NCBI GenBank assembly: GCA_022449765.1 | Contig: JAKUPZ010000006.1 | Coordinates: forward strand, 16,897-80,896 | Origin: Dehalococcoidia bacterium | GTDB taxonomy: Bacteria > Chloroflexota > Dehalococcoidia > Lucifugimonadales > Australimonadaceae | Reading direction: 5' to 3' | DNA length: 64,000 bases | In this document: piece by piece, positions 27,356-36,908 of the stretch | Numbering within the stretch: the stretch's first letter is position 1 | Layout of the letters: each line of letters starts with the position of its first letter | The notes under the pieces: model-generated | Told to the model about the DNA's origin: nothing | Seen by the model: the letters and a program-made list of their open reading frames with translations, nothing else | The model's database searches: none | Position numbers and translations under genes: made by a program

Positions 27356-29002
27356 ATGAGCGATCAGGAACTCAATCGATGGAAACAAAACACCTATGAC
27401 CCTGCCAAGGCTAAATTTCCTGAGAGAAAGTCAAGTTTTCTATCAGAGTCTGAAATTCCAATTGAGCCGCTTTACTACGGAGAAAGTCCCGACGAAAAAA
27501 TAGGGTTCCCAGGCGAATACCCTTATACCCGGGGGGTTCAGCCGTCTATGTACCGAGGTAGGTTCTGGACAATGCGTCAATACGCCGGGTTCTCGACGCC
27601 AGAAGACTCCAATTCAAGATATAGGCATCTACTGTCCCAAGGTCAAACTGGCCTTTCTGTGGCGTTTGACCTACCTACCCAGACGGGATACGACGCAGAT
27701 CATAATATGGCTTATGGAGAAATCGGGAAGGTTGGAGTTCCCGTTTCTACTCTTGCTGATATGGAAATATTGTTTGATGAGATACCTCTCAGTGACGTGA
27801 CCACATCCATGACGATTAACGCCACCGCACCAATGCTCTTAGCTCTCTACCTTGCAGTAGCACATAAGCAAGGGGTTCCTCATGAAAAAGTGGGAGGCAC
27901 TACGCAAAATGATATTTTGAAAGAGTATATCGCTAGAGGCACTTACATTTTTCCTCCAAAGCAATCAATGCGCTTAATTACCGATATGTTTTCATACTGC
28001 GCTAAAGAAGTTCCTCTTTGGAATACTATAAGTATCAGTGGCTATCATATGCGAGAGGCTGGGGCAACAGCACCTCAAGAGTTAGCTTTCACACTCTCCA
28101 ATGGAATGGCTTATGTACAAAGCGCGATTGATGCGGGGCTAAATGTTGACGAATTCGCGGATCGGCTTTCTTTCTTTTTCGTCGCGCACAATAATATTTT
28201 CGAGGAAGCTGCAAAATTTAGAGCCGCTCGAAGAATGTGGGCCGATATAATGAAAAATCATTTCAAAGCAAAAAATCCAAGATCATGGGTATTAAGATTT
28301 CATACTCAAACTGCGGGGGTTACTCTTCAAGCCCAACAACCTGAAGTCAATGTTATTCGAACCACGCTTCAGGCCTTAGCTGCCGTACTTGGTGGGACCC
28401 AATCACTGCACGTTAATTCAAAAGATGAAGCTCTTGGACTACCTACAGAAGAGTCAGCCACGCTTGCGCTTCGAACACAACAAGTGTTAGCCAATGAGTC
28501 CGGCGTAGCTGATACGATTGACCCTCTGGGGGGGTCCTATTTCGTAGAAAATCTCACCAATACTATCGAGCAACAATCGCGAGAATACATGGAAATAATT
28601 AATAAATTGGGCGGAGCAGTTGCAGCAATTGAAAAAGGATTTCAAAAAAAAGCAATCGAAGATTCTGCATACAAGCATCTAAAATTAGTAGAGAGTGGTG
28701 AAAGGGTAATTGTTGGAGTTAATGCCTTCACCAATGACTTCGATGAGCAGGTTAAACTACAAGTAATACCTAAAGATGCTGCGGAGCGACAGATAAAGCG
28801 TCTGAAACAAGTACGTGAAGAACGCGATAATTCAGCCTGTGAAGCAGCATTGAAGCGATTACAAGATTCTGCACGAAGCACAACAAACGTCATGCCTGCA
28901 ATACTTGAGTGTGTTCAGGCTTACACCTCTCTTGGTGAAATTTGTGACACGCTAAGGAACGAATTTGGAACATACCGCTCGGAAGCTGCTAATTTGCTTT
29001 AG
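27356..29002 (+). CDS. methylmalonyl-CoA mutase family, large (substrate-binding TIM-barrel) subunit without a B12-binding domain
   Basis: 548 aa. The motifs are [42 protein letters not shown] and RFHTQTAG. The protein ends before any DxHxxG B12-binding module. Confidence 0.8.
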   Translation: MSDQELNRWKQNTYDPAKAKFPERKSSFLSESEIPIEPLYYGESPDEKIGFPGEYPYTRGVQPSMYRGRFWTMRQYAGFSTPEDSNSRYRHLLSQGQTGLSVAFDLPTQTGYDADHNMAYGEIGKVGVPVSTLADMEILFDEIPLSDVTTSMTINATAPMLLALYLAVAHKQGVPHEKVGGTTQNDILKEYIARGTYIFPPKQSMRLITDMFSYCAKEVPLWNTISISGYHMREAGATAPQELAFTLSNGMAYVQSAIDAGLNVDEFADRLSFFFVAHNNIFEEAAKFRAARRMWADIMKNHFKAKNPRSWVLRFHTQTAGVTLQAQQPEVNVIRTTLQALAAVLGGTQSLHVNSKDEALGLPTEESATLALRTQQVLANESGVADTIDPLGGSYFVENLTNTIEQQSREYMEIINKLGGAVAAIEKGFQKKAIEDSAYKHLKLVESGERVIVGVNAFTNDFDEQVKLQVIPKDAAERQIKRLKQVREERDNSACEAALKRLQDSARSTTNVMPAILECVQAYTSLGEICDTLRNEFGTYRSEAANLL

Positions 29003-29093
29003 CCTCTGTTGACTATCAAGGTTAAGGTTTTCCGGGGATTGTTGTGCCATTTTACAGTGCTACAATGCGGTTAATAATTCCTGGGAGGAAATT

Positions 29094-30395
29094 ATGCTTT
29101 CTGCATTAGATAATGAACGACTCACGCAAGTGGGGCCTGGCACTCCAATGGGTGAATTAATGCGCCGTTACTGGCATCCCTTCGCAGCTGCTACAGAATT
29201 AGACGGAAAACCGACTAAGTCCGTGCGTCTTTTGGGTGAAGACCTAGTCGTTTATAAAGATAAATCTGGAACTCTTGGGCTTATTGAGCGATTTTGTCCT
29301 CATCGAAGAGTCGATCTTTCGTATGGAATCCCCGAAGAAAATGGACTTAGATGCATGTATCACGGGTGGATGATGGACGAAACCGGGCAGTGCATTGAAC
29401 AGCCCTTTGAAGAAACAGTAAGGCCTGACGGCAGATTTAAAGAAAAAGTTAAAGTTGCTGGATATCCAGTTCAGGAAATGGGAGGTCTCCTATGGGCATA
29501 CATGGGTCCGACCCCTGCGCCCTTAATTCCAATGTGGGAACCGTTCACCTACGAAAACGGTTTTTCTGACATAGGGATAGCTGAGCTTCCATGCAATTGG
29601 CTGCAATGCCAAGAAAACTCGCATGACCCAGTTCATCTTGAATGGTTACACGGATATTGGGGGGTCCAACAGCAACGTGAAAAGGCCGTAGCCCTAGGTG
29701 CAGAGGAAGATTTAAGCCCGATACTGCCACGTAACCACAAAAAAATAGGGTTTACTGAATTTGAACATGGAATAATTAAACGTCGTGTAGTAGAAGGTAC
29801 AACCGAAGATGATCATGACTGGAAGGTAGGACATCCCGCATTATTCCCAAACATTCTGTTTGTGGGTGACGGGGTTAAATGCAACTTCCAATTCAGAACC
29901 CCCGTAGATGACGAAACTACTCTGCACATCACCTGGTTCTTCTACAAGGCAGCTCCAGGTACTACTCTACCTAAGCAGGAAAAAGTTCCGCATTTTATTG
30001 TTCCCATATATGACAATGCGGGGAATTTAATCCCGGATTTAGTCAATCATCAAGATTTCGTGGCATGGATAACCCAAGGTTCTAATGCAGATCGAGTGGG
30101 TGAAAAACTAGGGGAATCCGATAGAGGGATAATCCTGCTTCGCAAGCAACTCAGCGACCAAATGCAAATTGTCGAAGACGGCGGAGATCCGATGAATGTC
30201 ATTCGCGATCCCAGTAAAAATAAATGCATTGAATTGCCCTTAGAAAGATGGCCTTCACTCCAAGAAGTGAGCAGGATATCCAAATATTTCACAGCGCAAG
30301 CGGGTGAAAGTGATCAACTAAAAGAAGATATCCAGTCAGTTCTCTCAAGCTGGGATCAACATGCCGAAGAAATTATTGCGAGCAATCGCGGATAA
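29094..30395 (+). CDS. Rieske 2Fe-2S oxygenase, alpha-subunit type (paralogue 3)
   Basis: It has CPHRRVDL...CMYHGW. The N-terminus RLTQVGPGTPMGELMRRYWHP is nearly identical to paralogue 1. It also has DPVHLEWLH. Confidence 0.8.
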   Translation: MLSALDNERLTQVGPGTPMGELMRRYWHPFAAATELDGKPTKSVRLLGEDLVVYKDKSGTLGLIERFCPHRRVDLSYGIPEENGLRCMYHGWMMDETGQCIEQPFEETVRPDGRFKEKVKVAGYPVQEMGGLLWAYMGPTPAPLIPMWEPFTYENGFSDIGIAELPCNWLQCQENSHDPVHLEWLHGYWGVQQQREKAVALGAEEDLSPILPRNHKKIGFTEFEHGIIKRRVVEGTTEDDHDWKVGHPALFPNILFVGDGVKCNFQFRTPVDDETTLHITWFFYKAAPGTTLPKQEKVPHFIVPIYDNAGNLIPDLVNHQDFVAWITQGSNADRVGEKLGESDRGIILLRKQLSDQMQIVEDGGDPMNVIRDPSKNKCIELPLERWPSLQEVSRISKYFTAQAGESDQLKEDIQSVLSSWDQHAEEIIASNRG

Positions 30396-30415
30396 GGTTT
30401 TCAGAGGAGAAAAAG

Positions 30416-31555
30416 ATGTCTAAAAATGGATTTTTGGTTTTCGACAGTGATATGCACATCATGGAGCCACCAGACCTTTGGCAAAAGTACATTGATGAAA
30501 AATACAAAGTGCATGCCCCTATAGGCCTAACATCTGAAAACGTAAGAGACCTAAGGGTTACTTGGCCTGAGGACGGCGATAAAGCCACGCCTGGTGGTAT
30601 TAATAGATTGGGGCACAATTACGAACGTAATCAAAAACTCTATAAAACTGACTCTGAACGTGGATGGGTTTCCCAAGTACAACTTGAAGCAATGGACACT
30701 GAGGGCATTGATGTAGCAGTAATGTTTCCAAGCAGAGGATTAAGTGTGCTTACTCGCCCTAACATGGACACTGAGTTCGCTGCGGCTATAGCAAGGGCAT
30801 ATAACGACTGGATGTACGATTTTTGCTCGCTAGATCCTAACCGTATGTATGGGGCAGGAATGATTTCGGTTTATGACATCGATGACGCCGTCAAAGAAAC
30901 CAGGCGGGCTGTAAATGAATTGGGCTTTAAAGCAGTTTTTGTTCGATCAAATGTTGTGATCGGAAAGCCATGGCATGATCCGTATTTCGAGCCCTTGTGG
31001 AATGTCCTTGAAGAGCTAGATATACCCATCGGGTTTCATGAAGCTACTGGGTCGATGTCTAAACAAGCAGGAGAGCATTTTGACAATTTCATGCTCAGGC
31101 GTATCTACTCCCAGCCCTTCGAGCAAATGATGGGTATGGGTAGTTTCATAGGCGGGGGAATATTGGAAAAACATCCTGAACTTAGAGTAGCGTTCTTGGA
31201 AGCCAATTGTGCTTGGCTACCATGGCTACTTTGGCGCGTAGAAGAGGCACATGAAAGAGAATTAGATGCTTACATGCCAGAGCTGACAATATCTCCAACT
31301 GAGCTGTTTAAAAGGCAATGCTGGGTATCTGTAGAACCTGATGAAGAACCGGCAAAATATGCCATCGACTACGTTGGGAGTGACCAACTTGTATTTTCTA
31401 CTGATTATCCACATGGTGATTCCCGATACCCAGAGGCAGTTGATGCGTTCATGGAACTCGGGATTTCAGATGAGGACAAGCGAAAAATTTTATGGGACAA
31501 CTGCGCAAGGTTTTACAAAGTTGAAGCGCCTATGCTTGCTGCACCCAAAGCCTAA
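30416..31555 (+). CDS. amidohydrolase-2 family protein (ACMSD-like metal-dependent hydrolase or decarboxylase)
   Basis: It has FDSDMHIMEPPDLW at the N-terminus, an internal HEATG, and a C-terminal FSTDYPHGD. Confidence 0.75.
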   Translation: MSKNGFLVFDSDMHIMEPPDLWQKYIDEKYKVHAPIGLTSENVRDLRVTWPEDGDKATPGGINRLGHNYERNQKLYKTDSERGWVSQVQLEAMDTEGIDVAVMFPSRGLSVLTRPNMDTEFAAAIARAYNDWMYDFCSLDPNRMYGAGMISVYDIDDAVKETRRAVNELGFKAVFVRSNVVIGKPWHDPYFEPLWNVLEELDIPIGFHEATGSMSKQAGEHFDNFMLRRIYSQPFEQMMGMGSFIGGGILEKHPELRVAFLEANCAWLPWLLWRVEEAHERELDAYMPELTISPTELFKRQCWVSVEPDEEPAKYAIDYVGSDQLVFSTDYPHGDSRYPEAVDAFMELGISDEDKRKILWDNCARFYKVEAPMLAAPKA

Positions 31556-31578
31556 TCAATATTTTTTAGATACTAAAA

Positions 31579-31614
31579 TAAAAGAAGGCAGCGTTGCTGC
31601 CTTCTTTTTGTTTT
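31579..31614. terminator. bidirectional rho-independent terminator
   Basis: AAAAGAAGGCAGC-GTT-GCTGCCTTCTTTT is followed by TGTTTT. It lies between the amidohydrolase gene (+) and the tRNA pair (-). Confidence 0.7.
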
Positions 31615-31616
31615 CC

Positions 31617-31691
31617 TGGAGGGGAAGACGGGATTTGAACCCGCGACCTTCTCCTTGGCAAGGAGACGCTCTACCCCTGAGCCACTTCCCC
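31617..31691 (-). tRNA. tRNA-Gly (anticodon GCC)
   Basis: The reverse complement reads GGGGAAGTGGCTCAGGGGTAGAGCGTCTCCTTGCCAAGGAGAAGGTCGCGGGTTCAAATCCCGTCTTCCCCTCCA. The anticodon loop is UU-GCC-AA. Confidence 0.9.
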
Positions 31692-31705
31692 AAATACTAA
31701 AAACG

Positions 31706-31781
<76 letters not shown>

Positions 31782-31848
31782 CTGAGGGATTAATGCTACG
31801 AAGCAGTTTGTGTACTGTCAAGAAAATAGCAGTCAAACAAAATATGTA

Positions 31849-32295
31849 TTAATTTGGCAAACCTGGTCCAGCTGTTCGCTTTCGGGTCTCCAAGCTAACA
31901 AAGGTTTCCGTTTGCCTCACTCCTTCAACAGTACCAACTTTATGATGCAAGAATGAAGCAAGGGCCTCAGAGCTAGCCAGATTTACCCAAATGAAAATGT
32001 CATAGCTGCCAGTTGTAATAGCTACATGCTCCGTTTCAGGCAAGTTAACCAACTCATTTGCAACGCCTTCTACACGTGAGGGGTCTACTTGAAGGCCTAT
32101 AAAGGCGGATGTGTGAAAACCCAATTGCTCAGGTTCAGCCATAGCTAGCACTCTGATAATTCTATCCTCAAGAAGCTTCGAAAGCCTGCGCCTTACAGTC
32201 CCTTCGCTGACTTCTAGCTGGCGTGCCATTTCAGCATGTGTCGCCCTACCATCAATTTGCAGGATTTCTATTATCTTTCTATCTAACTCGTCCAG
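31849..32295 (-). CDS. Lrp/AsnC family transcriptional regulator, with a probable non-canonical (CTG or ATC) start
   Basis: The track ORF starts at the ATG at 32229, inside the HTH. The open frame upstream reads ILDELDRKIIEILQIDGRATHAE-MARQLEVSEGTVRRRL, which is the canonical Lrp N-terminus. No ATG, GTG or TTG lies between the TAG at 32305..32307 and 32229. AGAGG sits 6 nt upstream of the CTG at 32293..32295. Confidence 0.65.
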   Translation of the reverse strand: MDELDRKIIEILQIDGRATHAEMARQLEVSEGTVRRRLSKLLEDRIIRVLAMAEPEQLGFHTSAFIGLQVDPSRVEGVANELVNLPETEHVAITTGSYDIFIWVNLASSEALASFLHHKVGTVEGVRQTETFVSLETRKRTAGPGLPN

Positions 32296-32372
32296 GATGC
32301 ACCTCTAGGTACGATGAGTTGAACCAAAGCAACCCTATACTGGGCAGGCTTTAAGGTCAAACCATATAAAAG

Positions 32373-33188
32373 TCACTGTGCCGTGATAGTTTGCCCGCCA
32401 TCAACTACTAACGCATGCCCCGTTACGTAAGAAGACTCATTCGAAGCCAGAAAAAGTACGCAATATGCAACTTCTTCCGAGAGTCCCAAGCGGTGTAAAC
32501 CAGCGACGCGCTTTTCACTGGCGATTTTCTGCTCTTCCGTCACTTGACGAGCTCTTGGGGGATATTCTCGAACGCGATTGGTTTCTATTGGCCCAGGGCA
32601 AACGCAATTGACTCTGATCTCTGGCCCATAATCAATAGCTAATTGGCGAGTAAGGTTAATTATTCCTGCCTTAGTAGCGCTATATGCAGGATAGTTAGGA
32701 CTAGCCAAAATACCTAGACTGGATGCGGTACAAACAATATTGCCATGACCCTGTCTCATAAAAATTGGTAGTGCAGCGCGGACTCCATGAAAAATCCCAT
32801 AAAGATTTAATTGAACAACGTGATCCCATGCTTCCTCAGACATTTCGTGTATTTTCTGCCGGACTCCTGTACCTGCATTTAAAAACAAAATATCAAGTCC
32901 ACCAAATTGTTCGCTAGCCGTTTTCACCATTGCTAAACAGCCAGATTCTTGGCTAACGTCCTCGCATACAAAGACTGCTTCACCGCCATCGTTGCTTATC
33001 AATTGATCGATTCTTGGGTTTCCTCGCTCCGCAATATCAACACAGACAACTTTTGCCCCTTCAAGTGCAAAAAGCCTGGCAGTGGCTCGCCCTATACCAC
33101 TATCTGCACCCGTAACAATCGCGACTTTACCATGAAGTCGGCCAAGGCCTGCCATCATGCGCGGGTGCTCATCAGCTAAATCGGCCAT
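32373..33188 (-). CDS. SDR family oxidoreductase (classical short-chain dehydrogenase)
   Basis: It has the cofactor motif TGADSGIG, NAG, and a catalytic S...YSATK. Confidence 0.85.
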   Translation of the reverse strand: MADLADEHPRMMAGLGRLHGKVAIVTGADSGIGRATARLFALEGAKVVCVDIAERGNPRIDQLISNDGGEAVFVCEDVSQESGCLAMVKTASEQFGGLDILFLNAGTGVRQKIHEMSEEAWDHVVQLNLYGIFHGVRAALPIFMRQGHGNIVCTASSLGILASPNYPAYSATKAGIINLTRQLAIDYGPEIRVNCVCPGPIETNRVREYPPRARQVTEEQKIASEKRVAGLHRLGLSEEVAYCVLFLASNESSYVTGHALVVDGGQTITAQ

Positions 33189-33242
33189 ATCCCCTCCTCA
33201 TTGGTGTTCAAGTGCCAATTATCACGCCATAAGCATCAACAC

Positions 33243-33458
33243 TTACTTTTGCGTTCTCCCGTCACCACGTGGCTGAAATATTGAACCTGCTCCTGGCAAA
33301 TTTGCAGGAGTTGACTTTTTCCCTCGCCCTACTCCTAATACTTGCCCTTTGGACAAAAGCCCTAAAGAGGATACTGCCGCACCCAAAAGAGCGACTTTCT
33401 TTAAAAAGCCCCTACGCGATACATTGCCTTGGGGCGAAGAAACTGTTTGGTCTGACAT
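33243..33458 (-). CDS. 71-aa protein consisting essentially of a twin-arginine (Tat) signal peptide plus a short tail
   Basis: The sequence is MSDQTVSSPQGNVSRRGFLKKVALLGAAVSSLGLL, followed by a Gly/Lys/Pro-rich 36-aa tail. It lies 54 nt upstream of the SDR on the same strand. Confidence 0.5.
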   Translation of the reverse strand: MSDQTVSSPQGNVSRRGFLKKVALLGAAVSSLGLLSKGQVLGVGRGKKSTPANLPGAGSIFQPRGDGRTQK

Positions 33459-33738
33459 AGTGTCTCCTTGATACAGACTATTGTAGATTTATCAGAATCA
33501 TTTTCAAGGCCAAAAAGTGATTGTTTAAAAGATTTCCTTAAGCAAGTTTACCTGATTTCCATCAGTATTTACGGATACAAGACTCACTTTAAATTCCATA
33601 TGCGAAATTCGTCACAAATAGGTGTTGACACCCCCACTACGCTGGTTTAACGTGAGCGTGTGGTTGATGTAATGTCAACTATACCCCGCCAGTAAGTAAT
33701 GATCGCAGGGATCTATAATTCAGATGTCGCGAGATTAG

Positions 33739-34047
33739 GTGTCAATGACTGGTCCAGATCCGAATTACATATCTCTAGAAAATTGGGATGCTTTAAGCAA
33801 GCTACTTGCATCACTATGGCTGATTCTTGGAGCAGCTCTTGGATTTGCAGCTTCTATGCTTTTAGCTCATGGAATGATTCCATCGTTAGCTGCATCCAGA
33901 GATATTCCCCAAGCCATTGCAAAAAAGATGCGTGCGCCACTTTACGCTGCCGCGCTTTTCTTTGCAGGTATGGCCGCTTATGCCATCTATCTATTTATAG
34001 ACAGGCTTTTTGTAATTCCTGATATTTTCAATCGAGGTGGTCAGTAG
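33739..34047 (+). CDS. small two-helix membrane protein immediately upstream of the ACIII genes
   Basis: It has two hydrophobic helices (LLASLWLILGAALGFAASMLLA and LYAAALFFAGMAAYAIYLFI). The ATG at 33745 is an alternative start. It matches no family I recognise. Confidence 0.45.
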   Translation: MSMTGPDPNYISLENWDALSKLLASLWLILGAALGFAASMLLAHGMIPSLAASRDIPQAIAKKMRAPLYAAALFFAGMAAYAIYLFIDRLFVIPDIFNRGGQ

Positions 34048-34068
34048 CCACTTAGGCCATTTTCTTTA

Positions 34069-34641
34069 ATGAATACACTTACCAAAATAGTGATCCCAGC
34101 AATTGGACTAGCCGTAGCCCTGCTGCTTGCGTTTGTAGCATATTTTGTTCTGCAATCCTGGTGGAGTCAGCCGCCTGCGGTCTTAGGATTTGGCGACGGG
34201 CCAGAACAACCCATTGCCTTTCCTCACCAAGTGCATATCAATGTTGCAGGACTGGACTGTCAGTTTTGCCATAGGACAGTCTCTGCCGAAGAGACTGCTG
34301 GTATTCCTGCGGTCAATCAATGCCGTTTCTGCCATGATTTTGATCGGATAACTGGTGCAAAATCAGAATCGTCTTCTGCAGAAACTGAGATCAAAAAACT
34401 AATTGGTACTTTGGGCGAAACGCCGGATCCTGTAAATTGGGTTCGGGTTCACCGTCTGCCAGATCATGTGCAATTTCTCCATGCTCCACATATCCAACAA
34501 GGATTTTCCTGCTCCACATGCCATGGTGATATTGCAAGTATGAAAGTTGTAGAACAAGTTAGAAATCTAAAAATGAGGGATTGTGTCGACTGTCATCGCG
34601 AAAATAGCGCGCCTACAGACTGCACAACCTGTCATTATTAG
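34069..34641 (+). CDS. actA: Alternative Complex III pentahaem cytochrome c subunit ActA
   Basis: It has an N-terminal TM anchor and five CxxCH motifs (CQFCH, CRFCH, CSTCH, CVDCH, CTTCH). It is the first gene of an act-type cluster. Confidence 0.8.
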   Translation: MNTLTKIVIPAIGLAVALLLAFVAYFVLQSWWSQPPAVLGFGDGPEQPIAFPHQVHINVAGLDCQFCHRTVSAEETAGIPAVNQCRFCHDFDRITGAKSESSSAETEIKKLIGTLGETPDPVNWVRVHRLPDHVQFLHAPHIQQGFSCSTCHGDIASMKVVEQVRNLKMRDCVDCHRENSAPTDCTTCHY

Positions 34642-34649
34642 GAAGGTAA

Positions 34650-36896
34650 ATGGCACTTTCGCGTAGACAATTCTTAAAATGGGCAGGAGCTACAAGCCTA
34701 GGAGCAGTTATATTCAATGGCTGTCGTGTTCCTGATCATGAAATTCAAGTGCAAAGCCCAGTGGAATTGCCTGAGGATCTTGTTACTGGAAGAGATAATT
34801 ATTACGCAACGACTGTAAAACTTGGAGCTGCAAGCGAAGGGCTTCTAGTTAGGGTTATGGAGGGTCGCGCTAAGAAAATAGAAGGCAATCCTGATTACCC
34901 CATGAATACTGGTAAGCATGGGATTCGCTCGGAATCTCTGCTTCAGGCTTTATACCACCCAGACCGCATAAAACACCCAATGGTGCGGATCGCAAAAGGC
35001 GGTCCATTCCGTAAAATTGAATGGCCAGAGGCTATTGAACGCCTCTCTACTATCTTAAAAGAGGCTGCTCCTGAATCAGTTATCCTTGCAACCCCTCCAT
35101 TGAGAGGTCAGCTTGCTGATGTTGTTGCGACTTTTTCAGATTCATATGGATCAGAGCATGTTGCATTCGACACGTTAGGAGATTCAGTCTTAAGGCGAGC
35201 TTTCTCCGATCTGTTTGGCACAGATACTATTCCAGACTTCGATATTGCAAATGCAGGTTTAATTCTTAGTGTTGGTGCAGACTTTTTAGGAACGTGGGGT
35301 GACACAACACACTTCATGCGTGGGTACGGAGAATTTCGCCAGGGGAAGGAAAGATCCCGAGGCAAGCTAATTCATATTGACGCTCGTTATTCTGCAACTG
35401 CAGCAGTCGCCGACAAATGGATATATGCGAACCCAGGAACCGAAGGATTACTTGCAATGGCTATGATCTACACGATCATTAGTGAAGGGCTTGGAGATTC
35501 CGTAGTTGCAAAGCAACTGACCGGCGGGGAATCAATTGAAAAAGCTTACAACGACTTCCAACCTTCAGCAGTGGCCTCTCAGATAGGCGTGTCTGCTGAA
35601 AATATTATGGCCCTTGCGCGTGAATTTGCTGACCCCAAAAATGGCCCTGCGTTGGCAATTGGTGGCGGCCTTGCCGGTGCACAGGCAAATGGCCTATTTA
35701 ATTTACATGCAATCTATGCATTGAACGCTCTAGTGGGTTCTGTGAATCACAAAGGGGGATTAATTTTCAACCCCAACCCTCATTCGCGCAATATTCCAGG
35801 GGCCACCTTGAATAAATGGAAACATATTCTGTCAGATATGCGGAGTGGGAAAACAAAAGTACTTCTTGTTAGAGACGCTAACCCTGCATACGGTCTTCCT
35901 CGCTCAATCAATCCACGAGAGGCATTGTCCAATTTAGAGACGATCGTCAGTTTCAGCAGCTTCCTAGATGAAACAACTGAAATGGCCGATTTAATACTGC
36001 CCGGAAGTTCGCCCCTCGAAGAATGGGGTTCTGACGAACCAAACCCAGGCCCAGGATACACGACTATTGCCTTCCAGCAGCCCGTGGTAAACAGGTTTCA
36101 TAACACGATCAGTTTTGGGGACGCTTTGCTACAAACTTCCAAGTCTTTAGAGCTCGGACTTCCATGGGTAGATATGCGCGATGCCCTGCGGAGCTCTGCC
36201 AAAAAATTGCACGAATTGAATGCAGGATCAGTTAAGCAGCCAACTTTTGAGGAATTTTGGAAACGCTCCCTCGAGCGAGGTGGATGGTGGAATATGGACT
36301 CTACCTACAAAGCTTCTGCCCAGTTACCTCCGCTTGCAAAAAAGGCTCCAAAAGTTAATTCTGTTGACTCAGACAAGTATCCTTTCTACTTAGTCCCTTT
36401 TGAAGGCGTAGGAATAGGGGCTGGCGAGTATTCTCATCTGCCCTGGGCCCAATCGGCTCCTGACCCATTGACCAGCGCTGCGTGGACTACATGGGTTGAA
36501 CTAAATCCCATTACTGCAAAGGAGCTTGATGTCAAAGATCATGACATCGTACTGGTCGAATCTAATACAACTAATGCGATTCGAGGACTTGTATATATAA
36601 ACCCAGCAACACCTCCGCAGGTAGTTGCTATTCCAATGGGCCAAGGCCATAGAGCCTTCACAAGCTACGCGGCAAAACGTGGAGCTAATGTTCTCGACAT
36701 AATTGAGCCCACTGAAGAAGTTATTACTGGATCATTTGCATGGGGTGGTACCCGAGTAAATGTATCAAGGACAAACCGCAAAGGTGATCTTCCAAAACTT
36801 GAGGGAATTGAACCTGCGCGTCAACTGCCACATGAGGAATTGATACTTGTTCATCGAGACCATCATGCAGGCAGTAATGGTCACAAACATCATTAA
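34650..36896 (+). CDS. actB1: ACIII molybdopterin-oxidoreductase-like subunit ActB1 with a Tat signal
   Basis: It has the Tat motif SRRQFLKWAG and a 748-aa complex iron-sulfur molybdoenzyme-like domain. It sits between actA and a 4Fe-4S protein. Confidence 0.75.
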   Translation: MALSRRQFLKWAGATSLGAVIFNGCRVPDHEIQVQSPVELPEDLVTGRDNYYATTVKLGAASEGLLVRVMEGRAKKIEGNPDYPMNTGKHGIRSESLLQALYHPDRIKHPMVRIAKGGPFRKIEWPEAIERLSTILKEAAPESVILATPPLRGQLADVVATFSDSYGSEHVAFDTLGDSVLRRAFSDLFGTDTIPDFDIANAGLILSVGADFLGTWGDTTHFMRGYGEFRQGKERSRGKLIHIDARYSATAAVADKWIYANPGTEGLLAMAMIYTIISEGLGDSVVAKQLTGGESIEKAYNDFQPSAVASQIGVSAENIMALAREFADPKNGPALAIGGGLAGAQANGLFNLHAIYALNALVGSVNHKGGLIFNPNPHSRNIPGATLNKWKHILSDMRSGKTKVLLVRDANPAYGLPRSINPREALSNLETIVSFSSFLDETTEMADLILPGSSPLEEWGSDEPNPGPGYTTIAFQQPVVNRFHNTISFGDALLQTSKSLELGLPWVDMRDALRSSAKKLHELNAGSVKQPTFEEFWKRSLERGGWWNMDSTYKASAQLPPLAKKAPKVNSVDSDKYPFYLVPFEGVGIGAGEYSHLPWAQSAPDPLTSAAWTTWVELNPITAKELDVKDHDIVLVESNTTNAIRGLVYINPATPPQVVAIPMGQGHRAFTSYAAKRGANVLDIIEPTEEVITGSFAWGGTRVNVSRTNRKGDLPKLEGIEPARQLPHEELILVHRDHHAGSNGHKHH

Positions 36897-36908
36897 GAAT
36901 AGGATTAG

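Noticed and set aside
33699-34022. An alternative 107-aa frame overlapping the small membrane protein upstream of actA.
   Set aside because: Its translation is Cys/Ser/Arg-rich with no hydrophobic helices. The 33739 frame gives two clean TM helices.
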